The translations under genes were made by a program, and so were the position numbers. From NCBI GenBank assembly GCA_038213805.1, contig JBBQSO010000003.1, positions 32,001 through 96,000 on the forward strand: a DNA stretch of 64,000 nt, written 5' to 3'. Under the pieces are notes generated by a model. The model worked only from the letters and a program-made list of their open reading frames with translations, had not been told where the DNA came from and did not search any database. Source of the stretch: Planctomycetota bacterium (GTDB lineage: Bacteria; Planctomycetota; UBA11346). Within the stretch, counting starts at the first letter, position 1, and every line of letters starts with the position of its first letter. This document shows positions 60,136 through 64,000 of the stretch, piece after piece.

Positions 60136-60295
60136 AGCGCCTACGGCGCGGCCAGTTGGCCAGCCCAGGGCAATGCCCTACCCATTACCCACCACTGCTC
60201 TCGACGTCGCGAAATGATCGGAAATTTGCATATTTAACCGCTTTCTGAGCCTGCGGAGCAGGCGACATCGACTAGCCCAGGGCGTGAGCCCTGGG
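60136..60295. repeat. Two REP-like palindromic units
   Basis: Each has a small hairpin then AGCCCAGGGC..GCCCT(GGG): 60136-60179 and 60248-60295. Confidence 0.6.
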
Positions 60296-60672
60296 ACGAG
60301 ATGGAAGCAAACTCCCATCCCGTACGGTTCGCGGTTCCTGCCGATCAGCAACCCGCGATGACGTTTGGGATGCGAGCCGGCAGGAATCGCGAACCGGACG
60401 GGATTCCAGCGTGATCGCGGCATTCCTGGGCGTTTCCCTGGGCTGCTTGTCTGGTCGCGCCGTTGGCGCTCTGGGCAGACAGCGGAACTGCTCCACGATC
60501 TCATGCGAGATCACGAGATTTTAGATGAAGCGGAAGTCGCTGCCCTGGGCTCTCATGGAAGCACGCTTGCAGTGCTAGGGACGATGTCTGCGAAGAGTTA
60601 AGGAGGTGGGCAAGGCTCACGACATGATTCAACGTCGTCCGCCAGCCCCACGCGCTCATGCCCGCGCCGCTC

Positions 60673-61473
60673 TCAGCGCTTGCGCGCCGCGATCTTCGCC
60701 GGCGCCGCCTGCGTGCTGCGCGGGATCGGCGACGAACCCGAGTCGTCATCATCGTCGCGCACCACGGGATAGGTGGGCCCGACGTAGAGGTCCTCATCGC
60801 TGGTCGTGACGTAGCCGGAAGGTGAGTGTACCGGCCCGCGCGCAGGCGTGGGGTCGGCAGGTGCTACCAGCTCGTCCGCGACCTCGGCGGTGGCGGCCTG
60901 GGCGCCGGCGGCCGCGGTGATCGGCGCGGTGGTCTTGTGCGCAGGCCGGTTGTCGAGGCGGCGCTGATTAAGGCGGTGGATGGTGAGATTGACCTGCACC
61001 ACCGTCTGTTCGGGCATCAGCTCGGCGAAGCGGCGGCGCAGCAGGCGCTGGCAGAAGCGGTTGCGCTCGGTGACGTTGGCGACCTCCCAGAGCGTGACGA
61101 TGGCCTCGATCACGATCGAGCGCTTCACGCGATCTTCGAAGACGCGCACGGTGGCCTTCTTGACCTCGGACTCGCCCTCGATGGCGCGCGTCAGGGCCTC
61201 CTCGATGGCGATCAGGCTGACCGAGATCTTGCCGTTCTCCGTGGTATAGCTGATGTCGCGCGCGCGGCGGAAGACATGCCACCAGCGCAACAGCACGGCC
61301 AGCGGGCAGAGCAGGAAGACTAGCGCCAGCCCGGCCATCACCATGTTGCCGTTGGGGGTGCGCAGGAAATCGAGGATCTGCACGTTGATCATCGGCTCGG
61401 TGCAGGCCGCGAGCAGCCCGGCGCCGACCAGGAAGGCCGTGATGTAGAGCAGCGCGTTGAAGACTGCACTCAT
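60673..61473 (-). CDS. AmaP/Asp23-like membrane protein
   Basis: Two N-terminal TMs; TENGKISVSLIAIEEAL...EVKKATVRV pattern; disordered tail. Confidence 0.55.
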   Translation of the reverse strand: MSAVFNALLYITAFLVGAGLLAACTEPMINVQILDFLRTPNGNMVMAGLALVFLLCPLAVLLRWWHVFRRARDISYTTENGKISVSLIAIEEALTRAIEGESEVKKATVRVFEDRVKRSIVIEAIVTLWEVANVTERNRFCQRLLRRRFAELMPEQTVVQVNLTIHRLNQRRLDNRPAHKTTAPITAAAGAQAATAEVADELVAPADPTPARGPVHSPSGYVTTSDEDLYVGPTYPVVRDDDDDSGSSPIPRSTQAAPAKIAARKR

Positions 61474-61696
61474 GTGGGCACTATGGTCCGCGGCCCGGAG
61501 GGCGCAACCGCGGGTGAAGGCCGGAACGTCCGGGGTCCGGCATCCGCAGTCTTGCGCACCCGGTGTGATGATGCCGACTCAGGCAGGCGAAACCCAAGAA
61601 CGCCAACGACATCGGACGTCGGACCGTAAAGCTCGGACACGCCGTGGTCCCCGCGCCAAGGCTTGCGCCGCGCGCTTCCCGACCACCATGCCGCCC

Positions 61697-62917
61697 ATGA
61701 CCGACCAGCGCCACGATGCCCGCTACCAGGCGCGCGGAGTCTCCGCCGGCAAGGCCGAGGTGCACGCCGCGATAGCCCGCCAGGACGGCGGACTATTCCC
61801 CGGCGCCTTCTGCAAGATCGTCCCCGACGAGCTGACCGGCGACCCCGAGCACTGCCTGGTGATGCACGCCGACGGCGCCGGCACCAAGTCTTCGCTCGCC
61901 TACCTGGCCTGGAAATCCGGCCTGAGCGACCGCACACCCGAGCAGATCTGGGCCGGCATCGCCGAAGACAGCTTGGTGATGAACCTGGACGACTGCGCCT
62001 GCGTCGGTGCACTCGGCCCGTTCCTGATCTCCAACACCATCGGCCGCAACGCCAAACGCATCCCCGGCACGGTGGTCGCGGCGATCGTCGATGGCTACCA
62101 GAAGCTCTGCGAGCGGCTCACCGCGCTCGGCATCCCCTGCCGCATGACCGGCGGCGAGACCGCCGACGTCGGCGACCTGGTGCGCACCATCATCGTCGAC
62201 AGCACCGTCACCACGCGCCTGCTGCGCGACCGCGTCATCGACGCCGGGCGCATGGCCCCCGGCGACGTCATCGTCGGCTTCAGCTCGACCGGCAAGGCCG
62301 CCTGGGAGCACGAGCCGACCACCGGCATGGGCTCCAACGGCCTGACCAGCGCCCGCCACGAGCTGCTCGGCGGCGGCTACCGCGAGCGCTTCCCGGAGAC
62401 CTACGCCCCCGAGGTCGACGGCGACCTGATCTACTGCGGGCGCTACCGCCTGGGCGACACCCTGCCCGGCGACGCGCGCTTCACCGTCGGGTCGGCGCTG
62501 CTCTCGCCCACGCGCACCTACCTGCCGCTGATCAAGAACCTGCTCGAGCGCTTGCCGCGCAGCGACATCCACGGCCTGATCCACTGCTCCGGTGGCGGCC
62601 AGAGCAAGATCGTGAAATTTGGTGGTCGCAAGCGCAAGCAGGGCAACCGCTACGTGAAGGACAACCTCTTCCCGGTTCCGCCGCTGTTCGCGGCACTGAA
62701 GGACGCCACCGGCCAGTCGTGGGCCGAGATGTACTCGGTCTACAACATGGGCCACCGCCTCGAAGCGGTCGTCCCGCCCTCGTGCGTCGACGCCTGCCTG
62801 GCGGCCGCGCGCGATTCGCACATCGACGCACAGGTGGTGGGGCGGGTCGAGGGCAATGATGAAGCCGGCAACGAGGTGGTGGTGCGGACGGCGCATGGCG
62901 AGTTCAAGTATCGCTGA
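61697..62917 (+). CDS. purM: Phosphoribosylformylglycinamidine cyclo-ligase (AIR synthase)
   Basis: Y..RGV; DGAGTK; VMNLDD; GGETADVGD; SNGLT; HCSGGG; NMG. Confidence 0.9.
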   Translation: MTDQRHDARYQARGVSAGKAEVHAAIARQDGGLFPGAFCKIVPDELTGDPEHCLVMHADGAGTKSSLAYLAWKSGLSDRTPEQIWAGIAEDSLVMNLDDCACVGALGPFLISNTIGRNAKRIPGTVVAAIVDGYQKLCERLTALGIPCRMTGGETADVGDLVRTIIVDSTVTTRLLRDRVIDAGRMAPGDVIVGFSSTGKAAWEHEPTTGMGSNGLTSARHELLGGGYRERFPETYAPEVDGDLIYCGRYRLGDTLPGDARFTVGSALLSPTRTYLPLIKNLLERLPRSDIHGLIHCSGGGQSKIVKFGGRKRKQGNRYVKDNLFPVPPLFAALKDATGQSWAEMYSVYNMGHRLEAVVPPSCVDACLAAARDSHIDAQVVGRVEGNDEAGNEVVVRTAHGEFKYR

Positions 62918-62932
62918 GGGGGCGTACCCGCG

Positions 62933-64000
62933 ATGACCCCAGCGCCGCCAAACGCCGAGAGCGCGGCTCCTGCCGCTGGCCGCAGGCGCGGTTGGCGGTT
63001 CCTGGCGATCTTCAGCGGCGCGGTGTCACTGATGGGCACTGGGCTGTTCGTCGCGTGGTTCCTCAGCGACGCCGACGTGCAAAGCCTGCGCGCTGAACTC
63101 GCCGCAGCGGGCGTGGCCACGACTTGGCCGGAACTGCACTTGGTGGCGTCCGGACCTGAGGTAATGGAACCCTGGAACCGGCTGGCGCCGCTGCTCAAGC
63201 GTCTCAAAAGCTACGAACGGGCGCGCACCAGCATTTACTACACCGCTTACGCCCTCGCTCCGTTCGTCCCAGTGCCCGACGCAGCTCGTATCCACCATGC
63301 TGACCTCGACCAGGAGGCCCTCGCCTCCCTGCGTGACTGCATCGACCTGCTGGGGGACCGCGGCGTGGTGCTCAGGACCGCAGAGAATCGCCGGACCCTG
63401 CGTCCCGAGATCGGGGTGGGGCGCGGCGTCCTGGAGCTGCTCCAAGAGGACGCGCTGCTCGCCGACTCCGCGCGGGTTGCGGCGTGCTGCCGGCGCATGC
63501 TGCGCTTCTGCGCGGTCCAACCGCTCGATGACGGCATTGGCCAGATCCTAGCGACGACTTACGCGCAGCAGACCTTCAAGACCATCGCTGGGCGGCTGGA
63601 CGACCTGAAACAGACCGAGCCGGCAATCGCGGACGACATCGCGCACCTCACGGACCAGCTCCTGGCCCAGTTGCGCCCCGCCATCGCGGCGGCAACGGTT
63701 GGCGCCTGGACCACCTGGGCAGATCGCCAGAACGGGTGGATGGGGTACCCCATCACCGAGCTCCGCTGGGTCGATCGCGCGCTCACGCCGGTGTTCGTGC
63801 GCGCCGGGCGCGCCGCTTACCTGCGCCACTTCAGTAACGCGCTGGCAATCGTCGACTCGCATGCGGCACCGCCGGCGATCCTCGCCGCCAACGAAGACCT
63901 GATCCGGGAGGAGCGGCGCTCGAAGGACCATAGGCTTTCCCCGGTCGCGCTCCTCCGCGGGATGGAGCTATTACCGCCGACGATGATCATCACCTCGACC
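62933..64000 (+). CDS. Hypothetical membrane-anchored protein, truncated at the window end
   Basis: ATG at 62933 reads MTPAPP...RRRGWRFLAIFSGAVSLMGTGLFVAWFL; frame appears open to the edge, hence absent from the ORF track. Confidence 0.6.
   Translation, partial: MTPAPPNAESAAPAAGRRRGWRFLAIFSGAVSLMGTGLFVAWFLSDADVQSLRAELAAAGVATTWPELHLVASGPEVMEPWNRLAPLLKRLKSYERARTSIYYTAYALAPFVPVPDAARIHHADLDQEALASLRDCIDLLGDRGVVLRTAENRRTLRPEIGVGRGVLELLQEDALLADSARVAACCRRMLRFCAVQPLDDGIGQILATTYAQQTFKTIAGRLDDLKQTEPAIADDIAHLTDQLLAQLRPAIAAATVGAWTTWADRQNGWMGYPITELRWVDRALTPVFVRAGRAAYLRHFSNALAIVDSHAAPPAILAANEDLIREERRSKDHRLSPVALLRGMELLPPTMIITST

Noticed and set aside
60296..60672. Small ORFs or an IS remnant in the intergenic region
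   Set aside because: No transposase motifs, terminal inverted repeats or coding-like codon bias

Overview
GC-rich bacterial chromosomal window from a diderm organism. PVC/Planctomycetota-like is my inference from gene styles, not proven. About 40 CDS, in order: STAS protein; LplT-Aas fusion; DUF4105(Lnb_N)/DUF3015 pair; ftsH; degenerate-FHA and HDOD proteins; TonB-dependent receptor followed by three prepilin-like genes (PilV/PilW/PilX order, Verru_Chthon-cassette-like; two are unusually large); ChdC/HemQ; topA; DUF2252; an RND-TolC-MFP-RND operon; DUF1853; the ADP-heptose operon (hldD-gmhB-gmhA-hldE) facing a GT9 gene; mtnD; recG; two paralogous secreted proteins; a Nudix gene; a Wzm/Wzt polysaccharide cluster; a PGI-family gene; an AmaP-like gene; purM; and a truncated ORF. 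I saw no rRNA, tRNA, CRISPR or transposase. Best leads: the stand-alone giant minor-pilin cassette with a sigma54-type promoter, a PGI homologue whose catalytic Glu is replaced by Val, paired inverted 7/8-mer arrays that supply gene ends, a candidate structured RNA at 21.4-21.6 kb, and a GT-methyltransferase fusion beside a Wzt with a C-terminal extension. Family calls come from motif recognition only; no searches were run.
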